IMG/VR virus record: IMGVR_UViG_3300042542_005195
Coordinates: 1-58,796 of that record
Strand: one strand, 5' to 3'
Length of the DNA: 58,796 nucleotides
From: a virus
Lineage: Duplodnaviria > Caudoviricetes
The translations under genes were made by a program, and so were the position numbers. How positions within the stretch are numbered: position 1 is the first letter of the stretch; every line of letters begins with the position of its first letter. Positions 40,104-49,515 of this stretch are shown here, one piece after another. The notes below the pieces were generated by a model. It had not been told where the DNA came from, did not search any database, and saw nothing but the letters and a program-made list of their open reading frames with translations.

Positions 40104-41506
40104 AGAATTGCTCCGTCTGGGGTAATTTTATATTGTTTTCCATTCACTTCAAATACTAAATTATTTTTGTTAGTTTTTCCGATGAATTTTGCATTATTGT
40201 ATCTTGTTAAAAATTTGTCAGCAGTTTTTTCTTGTTGGAATGACTCTGATAAGTTTTTAACTTCTCTCATTGTTTTAATTTTTTTGGTTTTTTCTGTCAA
40301 AAATTTTCTTTGTTTTTGTTCCTGCAAAAATTTCTTTTCAGTATCAGACTCTACGAAATACGATTTAATAATGTTATCAACTTTAGATTCCGAAAAAACT
40401 GAGTCAAATATTCTACCCAATCCATCAACATCAGAATCTTCCATCATATCGCCCATTTTTTGTTTGATTGTGGATGCGTATGCGTTTTTCACAAAATTGT
40501 CATATTTCATTTCTTTTGGTTCTGATTTAAAACCTAAATCATATTCGCCAGCCATTGTACCTTCCCATTGTTCATCATTTTCTTCTTCGGTCATTTCACC
40601 TTCAGGGATTGGTTCTTCTTCTGGTGCGGGTTCCATACCCTCTTCACCTTCTACATCCATATCCTCAGGAGCCATTTCAGGTTCTTCTTCACCCTCACCT
40701 TCAAATTCAGAATCTTCTAATCTTCCTATAATTTCTTCCATATCTTCGTCTGATAATACAGACAAATCAAGTGCGGATAAAATAGAATTAATTACATATT
40801 TTGTGTCATCTGCCGAAATAGGTTCTTCACCCTGATTAATTTTTCTCAACTTCTGACCAAGTTTTCCTGTCAATTTTTGAATTGATTTGAAAGATACAAT
40901 ATCATCATCTGTTTCATCTCCCTCCATATCAGGCTCATCCATAGGGGGTTCTTCTTCCATTTCTGGTTCAGTTGGTGGCATTTCACCCTCCATTCCTGCA
41001 TCAGGTGGCGGTGGAAGTTCTCCACCCATGTCCGCTGCCGGTGGCGGTGGAAGTTCTCCACCCATGTCCGCTGCCGGTGGTGGTATAGCGGCAGGAGCCT
41101 GCGGTGCGTCAACTGCCGCTTCAGGCTTTGGGGTTTTTAAAACGTATTTTTTTTGTTCGTGAAATAAAGAAATATTTTCATCGTTTCCTGTCAAACTATT
41201 AACTTCCTTAACAATTAAATTAAGGCGTTTGAACGCTTGAGAATAAGACGAATAAAATTTTCTATTTTTCATTGGTTCAACATATTCTGTTGTACCTTCT
41301 TTTATTGTTCTTTTGATTACATAACCATTTTTTTCTTTATCTATATGATAAGTGTTACCATCAGGTAAAGTTATGTTATATTCATTAGACGCATTTTCGT
41401 TTACTGAATTAGGAATTACTTCTTTATATCTTGCAATTTCCAAAATTCGTTGTAATTTCTCAACACCTTCTAATTTTTCACTTCCTATCGGTTTTAATTT
41501 TCCCAT
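40100..41506 (-). CDS. Acidic Pro-rich putative prohead core protein
   Basis: Low-complexity acidic middle region with many hydrophobic-x-E sites; TATTTAT upstream. Confidence 0.7.
   Translation of the reverse strand: MGKLKPIGSEKLEGVEKLQRILEIARYKEVIPNSVNENASNEYNITLPDGNTYHIDKEKNGYVIKRTIKEGTTEYVEPMKNRKFYSSYSQAFKRLNLIVKEVNSLTGNDENISLFHEQKKYVLKTPKPEAAVDAPQAPAAIPPPAADMGGELPPPPAADMGGELPPPPDAGMEGEMPPTEPEMEEEPPMDEPDMEGDETDDDIVSFKSIQKLTGKLGQKLRKINQGEEPISADDTKYVINSILSALDLSVLSDEDMEEIIGRLEDSEFEGEGEEEPEMAPEDMDVEGEEGMEPAPEEEPIPEGEMTEEENDEQWEGTMAGEYDLGFKSEPKEMKYDNFVKNAYASTIKQKMGDMMEDSDVDGLGRIFDSVFSESKVDNIIKSYFVESDTEKKFLQEQKQRKFLTEKTKKIKTMREVKNLSESFQQEKTADKFLTRYNNAKFIGKTNKNNLVFEVNGKQYKITPDGAIL
41004..41080. 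repeat. 36-bp tandem duplication (AADMGGELPPPP)
   Basis: Two identical units at 41004-41039 and 41040-41075. Confidence 0.9.
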
Positions 41507-41609
41507 TTTTTATTTTTTTTAAAAAAGTTAATAATCCTTGTAAAAAGATTTTTTTCTTTATAAATATATGCAATTCATTAATTGTTAATAAAAAAAATTA
41601 AGTAATGTA

Positions 41610-43643
41610 TTATCCTGTATAATACAGATGCCAAGGTTCTGCAATTCTTAACGGACCGTTGGTTTTATAAGTAACATCAAAACCATATTTAGATGCGTTT
41701 TGAGCCACCCAATTTTTTACATCTGAATTTTGATTCCACCAACTTGTTTCTGTAGTAAAAATATCAAAAGTTTTTCCATTATGATGTTGTGAAAACCCTG
41801 GTAAAGCATTTGCCGATTGAGTATTATCGACACCTCTTGATTTGGCTTTACTTCCAAAATTATCAACTTGTTTGTCGTAACTTCTGTAACCCGAAACTAT
41901 ACCTCTACTACTATTAATCTTTGGAAATTTAATCTTAGCATCTCTTATTAATTCTTCTATCTTTTTTCTTGCTTGGGAGTTTTCTCCTCCAGCATCTTCT
42001 TGATAATTCCCTTCTTGCTCAAATTCTTTGGCTATATGTTCATCAGTAACTTTGATACCATGTTTCGACTCAAGTTTTTTGATTGCATCTTGAACCCTTT
42101 TTGGTAATTTATCAAAATATTTACCTTTTGATTTTGTTACGGTTTGTTGTCCTGACTTGACCTCTTTTTCTGAGGAATTTTTTTGCGACTCTAAATCACT
42201 CTTTAAATCATCGATTTTTTTATCATCAATTTTATATCCCGCATCTCTTAATTTTTTTAATATAGTATCAAAAAAGTTAAATCCTCCAAACAATCCACCC
42301 GCAGTGGTAAGTTGTGAAAGGTCAATACCTGATGAATTTTTACTACTTGTGGATTTTTCAGTATCGGTTTTTTCTGTCGAGGTTTGTGAACTTTTAGTAT
42401 TCGGAACATCGGCACCCACCTTTTTAACACCAATGTGTATATGGTCAAAGTGATTTTTAACTCTCCATCCTATTTGATATCTATAACCGTCTTTAATGAT
42501 ATCAACCCATCTACCTCCTTTAACCTCAGGATGACCAAACCAATTCATTAGATGGGCGAGTAACGCATCTCCTTTTTCGCCCCTACACGCCAAATCCACC
42601 GCATATGCAGATTCCATACCTTCATAGTGGTCAGAAACTCGTCCCGACGCTGTCTTGACTCTACTTCTTTTTTGAGAAGAAATCACATTTTTTCCCATAA
42701 ACTCATTTGCTAATTTAGCAAATGCTAATGCTCGCGGCATTGCACCATCCCAATTACCATTTTTACCTCCAGCAGCAACTTTTCCTGAATCAACACCACC
42801 GCTTGGTAGACCAAAAGTTGGGTCAGAATATGAACCCGATGGATTAAATGCAAATTCGGCCTCATTTAAGAAAAATCTACTTAATACACCGTTACTATAG
42901 TTTTCAATAGATAATTCTTTATCAACCCTTTCTTTTTTATAATTAAATAATTTCTCTATATGACCGCTTCTTCTAAGGTATTTGAAAACAAGATTTTCGT
43001 ATGACATTTCGCCACCTTTGTCCAATCCTGTTTTTCTATATTTTTTAATTTTATCTTTGATATTATTGATGATTTTTTTTGATTTTGATAACTCCTTTTC
43101 CTCATCCGCTGACTCTAAAACCTTATCTATTTTTTCAGTCCATTGGTCAATTTTTGATTTCAAAACTGATTTGTTAATTTTGAAAGTTTCTTTTCTTGGT
43201 TTTTCCAACCATTTGTTTGTTATTAAAGAAAATATACCTGCTGATGCAGTTCTTTTCTCGTTTGAATCTTGAACAAATAACTCAACATCAAAACCAAAAA
43301 TTTTTATATTTTGAGTTGAATTAAATAATGTTTTTTTCAAATCGAATAATTCCTGATATAATTCTAATTGTGATTTTGGAAATTGATTAAAATCCGCAAT
43401 AATATGTAAATCAAAATCTGAATATTGGGACCAATTGTAGTTAGCCAATGAACCTGTTAAATGAACATCAGAAACAATAACATCAACATTTAAGTATTGA
43501 ATAAATTCGTAGGCAATTTCCAAAAGTTTTTCACGAACCTCGGGTTTTATTTTTTCAGCCGCGGCACCTTTTTGTTTAATCCAAATTTTTGGGTTTAGTT
43601 CGTCTTGTAATTCAAAACTTTTTATAATGTTATTATTTTCCAT
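41610..43643 (-). CDS. Pol-beta-type nucleotidyltransferase fused to two M15-like peptidoglycan peptidase domains
   Basis: NTase: LTGSLANYNW..YSDFDLH. Middle domain: SDH...AVD...HFDHIH. VanY/M15B domain: SGYRSY..Q, PGFSQHH.G..FD, EPWH. Confidence 0.8.
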   Translation of the reverse strand: MENNNIIKSFELQDELNPKIWIKQKGAAAEKIKPEVREKLLEIAYEFIQYLNVDVIVSDVHLTGSLANYNWSQYSDFDLHIIADFNQFPKSQLELYQELFDLKKTLFNSTQNIKIFGFDVELFVQDSNEKRTASAGIFSLITNKWLEKPRKETFKINKSVLKSKIDQWTEKIDKVLESADEEKELSKSKKIINNIKDKIKKYRKTGLDKGGEMSYENLVFKYLRRSGHIEKLFNYKKERVDKELSIENYSNGVLSRFFLNEAEFAFNPSGSYSDPTFGLPSGGVDSGKVAAGGKNGNWDGAMPRALAFAKLANEFMGKNVISSQKRSRVKTASGRVSDHYEGMESAYAVDLACRGEKGDALLAHLMNWFGHPEVKGGRWVDIIKDGYRYQIGWRVKNHFDHIHIGVKKVGADVPNTKSSQTSTEKTDTEKSTSSKNSSGIDLSQLTTAGGLFGGFNFFDTILKKLRDAGYKIDDKKIDDLKSDLESQKNSSEKEVKSGQQTVTKSKGKYFDKLPKRVQDAIKKLESKHGIKVTDEHIAKEFEQEGNYQEDAGGENSQARKKIEELIRDAKIKFPKINSSRGIVSGYRSYDKQVDNFGSKAKSRGVDNTQSANALPGFSQHHNGKTFDIFTTETSWWNQNSDVKNWVAQNASKYGFDVTYKTNGPLRIAEPWHLYYTG

Positions 43644-43661
43644 CACATTATAAATATATCA

Positions 43662-43907
43662 TCAAACCACTTTTTTATATGGATATGACTTTGCAATTTT
43701 TGAACTAAAAAATTTTCCCTGAGATTCTGATAATCTAAACTGTGTGTATAATTGGTGAGGTACCCCATCATAAACATACTTCAAATCATTATTAAATGTG
43801 ACCTCTAATGAATTTGTTTCAGTGTCGTATTCTGTATGTTTTATATTTGATGACTGAATGTCATTGATAATTTTTGTTCCTTTGATTTCTTCTTTTAAGA
43901 TTGCCAT
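43662..43907 (-). CDS. KTSC-domain protein
   Basis: SSNI...YD...LEVTF....Y.Y.GVP..Y..F..SESQGKFF. Confidence 0.9.
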   Translation of the reverse strand: MAILKEEIKGTKIINDIQSSNIKHTEYDTETNSLEVTFNNDLKYVYDGVPHQLYTQFRLSESQGKFFSSKIAKSYPYKKVV

Positions 43908-43910
43908 AAG

Positions 43911-44189
43911 TTAAAATTTTATTTTAAGATATGAAATTGCACGGTTAACTAAAGACCAATCTTGATTCTCTACCGCCCTTTTTAACATGTTAGCAACATA
44001 ATCCTTTTTAGGTAAAATGTGTCCTGATAAATTTCCCGAACTATCATCAAGATAAACATCTTCATCATCGCTTAATTTATCATAAAGTCCTCTAATATCT
44101 TGATGACCATATACTCTTTCATTTTCATTTAAAACCTTTTTAACAATTCTGTTAAGGTCGTTTTCTGTTAATTTTACTATTTTTTTCAT
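43911..44189 (-). CDS. Small leader-bearing putative head protein
   Basis: Starts MKKIVKLTENDLNRIVKKVLNE; TATTTAT lies 4 nt upstream. Confidence 0.7.
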   Translation of the reverse strand: MKKIVKLTENDLNRIVKKVLNENERVYGHQDIRGLYDKLSDDEDVYLDDSSGNLSGHILPKKDYVANMLKRAVENQDWSLVNRAISYLKIKF

Positions 44190-44213
44190 ATCAATAAATA
44201 TTAGATGAAAAAG

Positions 44214-44241
44214 AAAACCCCTCTTTTTGGGAGGGGTTTTT
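44214..44241. terminator. Intrinsic terminator after hsp20
   Basis: AAAACCCCTC / GAGGGGTTTT stem. Confidence 0.75.
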
Positions 44242-44254
44242 GAGATAACCAAAA

Positions 44255-44629
44255 TTAAAGAAGAGAGATTTTTTTCTTGGTTTCCTTTTCGGATGGTGTC
44301 GGAATAAAAATGGTCAAAATTCCGTCCTCAATTGTTGCTTCCAACTTTGATGAATCCACCTTGTTTCCTAATTCATAAGATTTATTAAACGTCCTTGTTT
44401 TTTCACCACTTGATGTTTTTTGAACCCTTTTTCCATCAATTGTTAAACGGGTTCCCTCAACCTCAACTTTTAGATTTGATTTATTAAAACCCGGTACTTC
44501 AAAAATATGATAAGCACCATCTTCAGTTTTATGAACATCATAATCTAACGATAAGGTAGGTTTTGATGACTCAAAAAGGTCGCGAGTTAATTCATCTAAT
44601 GAATTGAAAAATGTAAGTTTGTTGTACAT
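44255..44629 (-). CDS. Small heat shock protein (Hsp20/alpha-crystallin)
   Basis: EVPGFNK..L.V.V....L.I.G and A...DGILTI..P. Confidence 0.92.
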   Translation of the reverse strand: MYNKLTFFNSLDELTRDLFESSKPTLSLDYDVHKTEDGAYHIFEVPGFNKSNLKVEVEGTRLTIDGKRVQKTSSGEKTRTFNKSYELGNKVDSSKLEATIEDGILTIFIPTPSEKETKKKISLL

Positions 44630-44654
44630 AATAAATTAATTTTTATAAGTTTAT

Positions 44655-44686
44655 TTTGGCACGGTATTAGCGAACATTGTGCCAAA
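44655..44686. promoter_or_regulatory. Symmetric pair of sigma-54-like -24/-12 elements between hsp20 and clpC
   Basis: Plus strand TGGCACGGTATTAGC and minus strand TGGCACAATGTTCGC. Both have GG-N10-GC spacing and share the GC at 44670-44671. Confidence 0.55.
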
Positions 44687-44781
44687 CCTAATTAACTGAC
44701 AAAATGTCATATGTGTCATGTCAAACTGACACTGTTGAATTTATAAATCAAATTACTATATTTTATTAAAACTTTTATATC

Positions 44782-46815
44782 ATGAATGAATTAATGGATG
44801 ACTCACCGCAATCAAGGAAAAAAACTGATAGTGAAACTGGTACTCCCGTTTTAGATAATTTTTCCAAAGACCTTATAAAATACGCAGAAGAAGGCAAATT
44901 AGACCCCGTTATTGGTAGAGACAAGGAAATTTTGAGAATTGCTCAAATTCTATCAAGAAGGAAAAAAAATAACCCAATTATAATCGGAGAACCTGGTTGT
45001 GGTAAAACCGCAATTGTTGAGGGATTGGCAATGAAAATCCAACAAGGGGAATGTCCAAGAAATTTGTTGGATAAAAGAATTGTATTGTTGGATATGACCT
45101 CAATTGTTGCTGGCACCAAATATCGTGGTCAGTTTGAGGAACGAATGAAAGTAATTATTGAAGAATTGCAATCTCACCCTAACATTATTGTTTTTATTGA
45201 CGAAATTCACACTATAGTTGGTGCAGGAAATTCATCAGGTTCTTTGGATGCATCTAATATCTTCAAACCGGCTTTGGCACGAGGAGAAATTCAATGTATT
45301 GGCGCTACTACATTAGATGAATACCGTAAAAACTTTGAAAAGGATGGAGCGTTGGAAAGAAGATTTCAAAAAGTAGTTGTGGACCCTTCAACAAAAGAAG
45401 AAACATTACAGATTCTAAGAAATTCGAAATCAAAATATGAGGATTATCATAAGGTAATTTTTTCAGAGGAGATTTTAACCACATGTGTTGATTTAGCAGA
45501 CAGATATGTTACTGATAGAGAATTTCCCGACAAAGCATTTGACATTATAGATGAAGTGGGGGCAAGAAGTCAGGTCGATGTTAAAATGCCTGAGTCGATT
45601 GAAAAATTAAAGCAAGAGGCTGCAGATATCAAACAACTCAAAATTGATGTTGTCAAAAGACAAAACTACGAACAAGCTGCGGAATTAAGAGATAAAGAAA
45701 AAAGAATTCTTAACCGATTAACCGCGGAAAAACAAAAGTTTGAAGAACAAATGAACATCAATAAAAAAGAAGTTCATATTGAATTGGTGTATGAGGTGGT
45801 GTCGAATATGACAAAGATACCAGTTGGTAAATTAAATATTGATGATACAAAATCATTAATTAATTTGGAGTCGATGTTGGAATCAAAAGTTATCGGTCAA
45901 TCCGAAGCGGTTAGCAAAATCTCAAAAGCAATCAGAAGAAATAGGTTAGGTATCAAAGACCCAAATAGACCAATTGGCTCATTTATTTTTCTAGGTTCAA
46001 CAGGTGTCGGTAAAACTCACTTGGCAAAACAATTGGCAAAAGAAATTTTTGGTAGCGAAGATTCACTTATCAGAGTTGATATGTCTGAATATCAAGAAAA
46101 ACATTCAATATCAAGATTGATTGGTTCTCCTCCCGGATATGTTGGTTATGATGAAGGAGGTCAATTAACTGAACAAGTTAAAAACAAACCATACTCACTT
46201 ATTTTATTTGACGAAATTGAAAAAGCAAATAAAGACGTTTTTTCTACATTACTTCAAGTACTTGACGATGGACATCTAACCGATGGATTGGGACGTAGAA
46301 TTAACTTTAAAAATTGTTTGATTATTATGACCTCAAACTTGGGAGTTAAAAAAGTACAAGAGTTTGGTTCAGGAATTGGTTTCCAAAAGAAAGATTATGT
46401 TGTTGAAGAACAAAAAAGAGATACCCTTAAAAAAGAATTACAGAAATTTTTCGCACCTGAATTTTTAAATCGTATTGACGACATCATTGTGTTCAACACC
46501 TTGAAAGAGGAACATGTTAAACAAATCGTAAAAATTGAACTTGACAAACTAACTAGCAGATTATCAAAAATCAAATACAACTTCAAATTTGATGATACAA
46601 TTGTTGAGGTTATTTCCAAAATTGGTTTTGATGAAATGTATGGTGCTCGTCCGTTGAAAAGAGCGATTCAAGATAAAATTGAAGATTATATCTCAGAAGA
46701 AGTTTTGAAAGGCGCTTTGACAACAGAAACAAATTATATTGTTTCATCAGAAAATGATGAAATAAAAATCTCAGAAGAAAAGAAAGTTAAGAAAACAAAA
46801 AAGGAGGTCAAATGA
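44782..46815 (+). CDS. clpC: ClpC-type AAA+ unfoldase lacking the N-terminal domain
   Basis: Two AAA modules (GEPGCGKT and GSTGVGKT), UVR-like M-domain (QNYEQAAELRDKE) and ClpP-docking GIGF loop. Confidence 0.9.
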   Translation: MNELMDDSPQSRKKTDSETGTPVLDNFSKDLIKYAEEGKLDPVIGRDKEILRIAQILSRRKKNNPIIIGEPGCGKTAIVEGLAMKIQQGECPRNLLDKRIVLLDMTSIVAGTKYRGQFEERMKVIIEELQSHPNIIVFIDEIHTIVGAGNSSGSLDASNIFKPALARGEIQCIGATTLDEYRKNFEKDGALERRFQKVVVDPSTKEETLQILRNSKSKYEDYHKVIFSEEILTTCVDLADRYVTDREFPDKAFDIIDEVGARSQVDVKMPESIEKLKQEAADIKQLKIDVVKRQNYEQAAELRDKEKRILNRLTAEKQKFEEQMNINKKEVHIELVYEVVSNMTKIPVGKLNIDDTKSLINLESMLESKVIGQSEAVSKISKAIRRNRLGIKDPNRPIGSFIFLGSTGVGKTHLAKQLAKEIFGSEDSLIRVDMSEYQEKHSISRLIGSPPGYVGYDEGGQLTEQVKNKPYSLILFDEIEKANKDVFSTLLQVLDDGHLTDGLGRRINFKNCLIIMTSNLGVKKVQEFGSGIGFQKKDYVVEEQKRDTLKKELQKFFAPEFLNRIDDIIVFNTLKEEHVKQIVKIELDKLTSRLSKIKYNFKFDDTIVEVISKIGFDEMYGARPLKRAIQDKIEDYISEEVLKGALTTETNYIVSSENDEIKISEEKKVKKTKKEVK

Positions 46816-46827
46816 CCTCCTTTTTTT
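46797..46827. terminator. Bidirectional terminator
   Basis: AAAAAAGGAGGTCA-AA-TGACCTCCTTTTTT between convergent genes. Confidence 0.85.
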
Positions 46828-47659
46828 AAAATACCGAATAATATTTGTCAGGTTTTTCTGTTTTGAACCTGTATTTTTGGTTACCAAGTTTTTCAATCAT
46901 TTTCTTACCAACCTCAATTCCGTTATAAACATCTTCGACAACAACATATTCGTTTGGTGTGTGATAGTTATAATACCCTATTGAAAAGTTAATACAAGAA
47001 AAATCAAAGGATTCTTTTAAAGCGTAAACATCGGTGTAGGGGTGAGAAAAATATTTTAATTTGTCAGGAAAAGATTCTATAAGAATTTCATCACAACCAC
47101 GGAAAAAATCTGAGTTTCTATCAAACAAAGTTGTACCCCAACATCTTTCAGTAACCATCCAATTTTCAGGTGCGTCAAACTGAATTGCGTAACCAACGTC
47201 TGTGAAAAAAGACCTATCTGCTCTACGAGACCCGTGACAACCAGTTTCTTCTGAAACAAAAAATGCGGCCTTCAAAAAAGGTAGTTCTTTTAACAATTCC
47301 AAACAAGCATAAATACCACACTTATCATCACCACCAATACCGGTCGGTTTTCCTGAATTGTTGTAAGCCTTCAATGATAATTTTAATTCACCTTGAGCAT
47401 TTTTAAGTTGTTCTTCAACAACATTTATGGTATCTATATTATGGACCGTATCAGTGTGAGATACAACACAAGGGAAATAAAATCCATCAGGCACATCACC
47501 TGTTGTTTTGGTTGCATAAATATTCATATATTCATCAACAACATGGTCAATTTCATTTTCTGTGAGCCAATCGCTGATAAATTGAACCATCATTTCCTCT
47601 TTATAGGTTTTGGATGGGACGGATAATACATCCTTTAATAATTGATAATTTCTTTCCAT
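46826..47659 (-). CDS. M20/M28-family metallopeptidase
   Basis: SHTDTVH, GGDDKCG, EETGC and C-terminal YH...E. A TATATTTG element at 47664-47671 lies 4 nt before the ATG. Confidence 0.85.
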   Translation of the reverse strand: MERNYQLLKDVLSVPSKTYKEEMMVQFISDWLTENEIDHVVDEYMNIYATKTTGDVPDGFYFPCVVSHTDTVHNIDTINVVEEQLKNAQGELKLSLKAYNNSGKPTGIGGDDKCGIYACLELLKELPFLKAAFFVSEETGCHGSRRADRSFFTDVGYAIQFDAPENWMVTERCWGTTLFDRNSDFFRGCDEILIESFPDKLKYFSHPYTDVYALKESFDFSCINFSIGYYNYHTPNEYVVVEDVYNGIEVGKKMIEKLGNQKYRFKTEKPDKYYSVF

Positions 47660-47694
47660 AGGACAAATATATGAAAAAGTTTTGATATAAAAAA

Positions 47695-48867
47695 TTAACT
47701 ACCGACTTTAGAAATTGCACTAGCAACTTTTGAAGTTTTATCTATAACTTTTAAGGTTTCTCCTGATGAGTCGTATGATTTGTCTGCTAAATAACCCGCA
47801 CCTGATTTAACTAAATCGGTACCCGCTTTTGTTACCATTTTTTTAACTGCTTTGGCTGCCGTTACAAATTCCGAAAGACTACCCAATATTTTTTCAATAC
47901 CAACAATAATCGGTTCTAAAAATTTAAATTCTAAGGCCAACTGACCCAATTTTGATACCATAGCCTCAAAAAGAGACGTAAAGTTTGCCTTCGTTAACCA
48001 TTTAAACGCTTGAGGGTTGGCTTTTATGAAATCCACAACTACACTATAAGTCCCTTTAGTTAAAGAACTTGTCTTGAACACATTACTTACTATTTTGGCT
48101 CCAGGTCCAAATGTAATAACACCCGCTAAATCCGTTAAAATATTTATCCAATCGGCCTCTCCGGTATTTGTCCATTGTTTAATATCCCAAGCCAATAACA
48201 ATCCCCAAGCAACTTCTACAAGTATCGCTCCGAAACCTAAAGAATCTAAAACTACTTGTGCCCCTACACCCGCAACAGAATTCATTGCTTCTCTGAATTC
48301 CTTGAAGAATCCATCCCATCCCAACTCACTAATTTTTGCGGCTAAAGTGTTATTTTCACAAAGTTTTTTTTCAGGGTCGTATTTTTGTTCTCTATGATTA
48401 TTACAAAAATTTGTATGACATAAATATTTATATCCTCCTTGTTTAAATAAAACATAATCTGATTTTGGATTCGATTTACAGGCAGTATAAACTTGTTTTG
48501 TTACCTCAGCACTTTTTTGAAATTGTTGACCTGATTGATTATATGAATTTTTTTGGGATTGATTTTGTTGATTAGTTTTTTGATAGTCAAAACCTTGACG
48601 TAAAGTGTTTTGGTCTATTGTTGTTGGGAAAGAGTTTTTTTGATACGGTTGGTTAGGAAAAACATATTTCGCATCTATCCCACCTGTTGGTATCTGACCT
48701 TTAACGTCTTCTCCGAATTTACCTTTACTGTCATAATAATAAACAGTCATTTGTTCATTTAATAGATTAGAAAAAATCTCGAGCAAATTTTCAGATTGAG
48801 CCCTATCAAATTCATTTTTGTAATATAGAGACAATATTGCTTTTTTTTCAGATTCTGAGAGATTCAT
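47695..48867 (-). CDS. Leader-bearing protein with hydrophobic helical C-terminal half
   Basis: MNLSESEKKAILSLY...LLNEQ leader. Confidence 0.75.
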   Translation of the reverse strand: MNLSESEKKAILSLYYKNEFDRAQSENLLEIFSNLLNEQMTVYYYDSKGKFGEDVKGQIPTGGIDAKYVFPNQPYQKNSFPTTIDQNTLRQGFDYQKTNQQNQSQKNSYNQSGQQFQKSAEVTKQVYTACKSNPKSDYVLFKQGGYKYLCHTNFCNNHREQKYDPEKKLCENNTLAAKISELGWDGFFKEFREAMNSVAGVGAQVVLDSLGFGAILVEVAWGLLLAWDIKQWTNTGEADWINILTDLAGVITFGPGAKIVSNVFKTSSLTKGTYSVVVDFIKANPQAFKWLTKANFTSLFEAMVSKLGQLALEFKFLEPIIVGIEKILGSLSEFVTAAKAVKKMVTKAGTDLVKSGAGYLADKSYDSSGETLKVIDKTSKVASAISKVGS

Positions 48868-48879
48868 TACATATTAACT

Positions 48880-49515
48880 TTAAAATTTATATCGTTCTCT
48901 AGTAAACTTCATCAGACCTCTTATCAAACCTATTACAACAATTGCAATTATAGAAATTACCATTCCTGAGGCAGGTGAAATATTTATGCCCGCAATGGTA
49001 CTAAAAAGAAATGAATGTATCAGACCAAAAGATAAGACATTAATACCAAAAATTCTCTGTAACATAAAACCAATCTTTTGTTCTATTCCGCCTTTAACAT
49101 CTTTCAGTTCTGTATCGAAAGAATCCGCATCTTTACTATTATCGTATTTAAGATAATCAGACCAAAATCCCTCACCCAAATTCTTAGATGAAAACATACT
49201 TTCTAAAGATGATTTTACTTCGTCTTCACTCATTTTGGTTACGTCTTTACCAAAAAAATTAGAAGCATTTTGAATTAGTTTTTCAGGATTTGGTAGTTCT
49301 GATAATACTTTATCAGGTATTGATTCTACTTTTTCTTTTACTGATTGTAAAACATCAGATAAACTTTGACCTGCATCTTTTACATAATCGTCACCAGGGT
49401 AAAACATAGAATCCATTGGCGACTCTGAAATGATTGTACTATACCCTTTATTTTTATGCATTTCCAAAATTCTTTGTTTTTCTGATTTTGGAATATCGTT
49501 AAATAAATTTTTCAT
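48880..49515 (-). CDS. Leader-bearing protein with C-terminal transmembrane segments
   Basis: MKNLFNDIPKSEKQRILEMH...IISE leader; two hydrophobic helices. Confidence 0.75.
   Translation of the reverse strand: MKNLFNDIPKSEKQRILEMHKNKGYSTIISESPMDSMFYPGDDYVKDAGQSLSDVLQSVKEKVESIPDKVLSELPNPEKLIQNASNFFGKDVTKMSEDEVKSSLESMFSSKNLGEGFWSDYLKYDNSKDADSFDTELKDVKGGIEQKIGFMLQRIFGINVLSFGLIHSFLFSTIAGINISPASGMVISIIAIVVIGLIRGLMKFTRERYKF

Noticed and set aside
44655-44686. CIRCE (HrcA operator) between hsp20 and clpC
   Set aside because: CIRCE is TTAGCACTC-N9-GAGTGCTAA. Here the arms are TTGGCAC/GTGCCAA with 16 nt between (13 would be needed) and the inner bases do not match.
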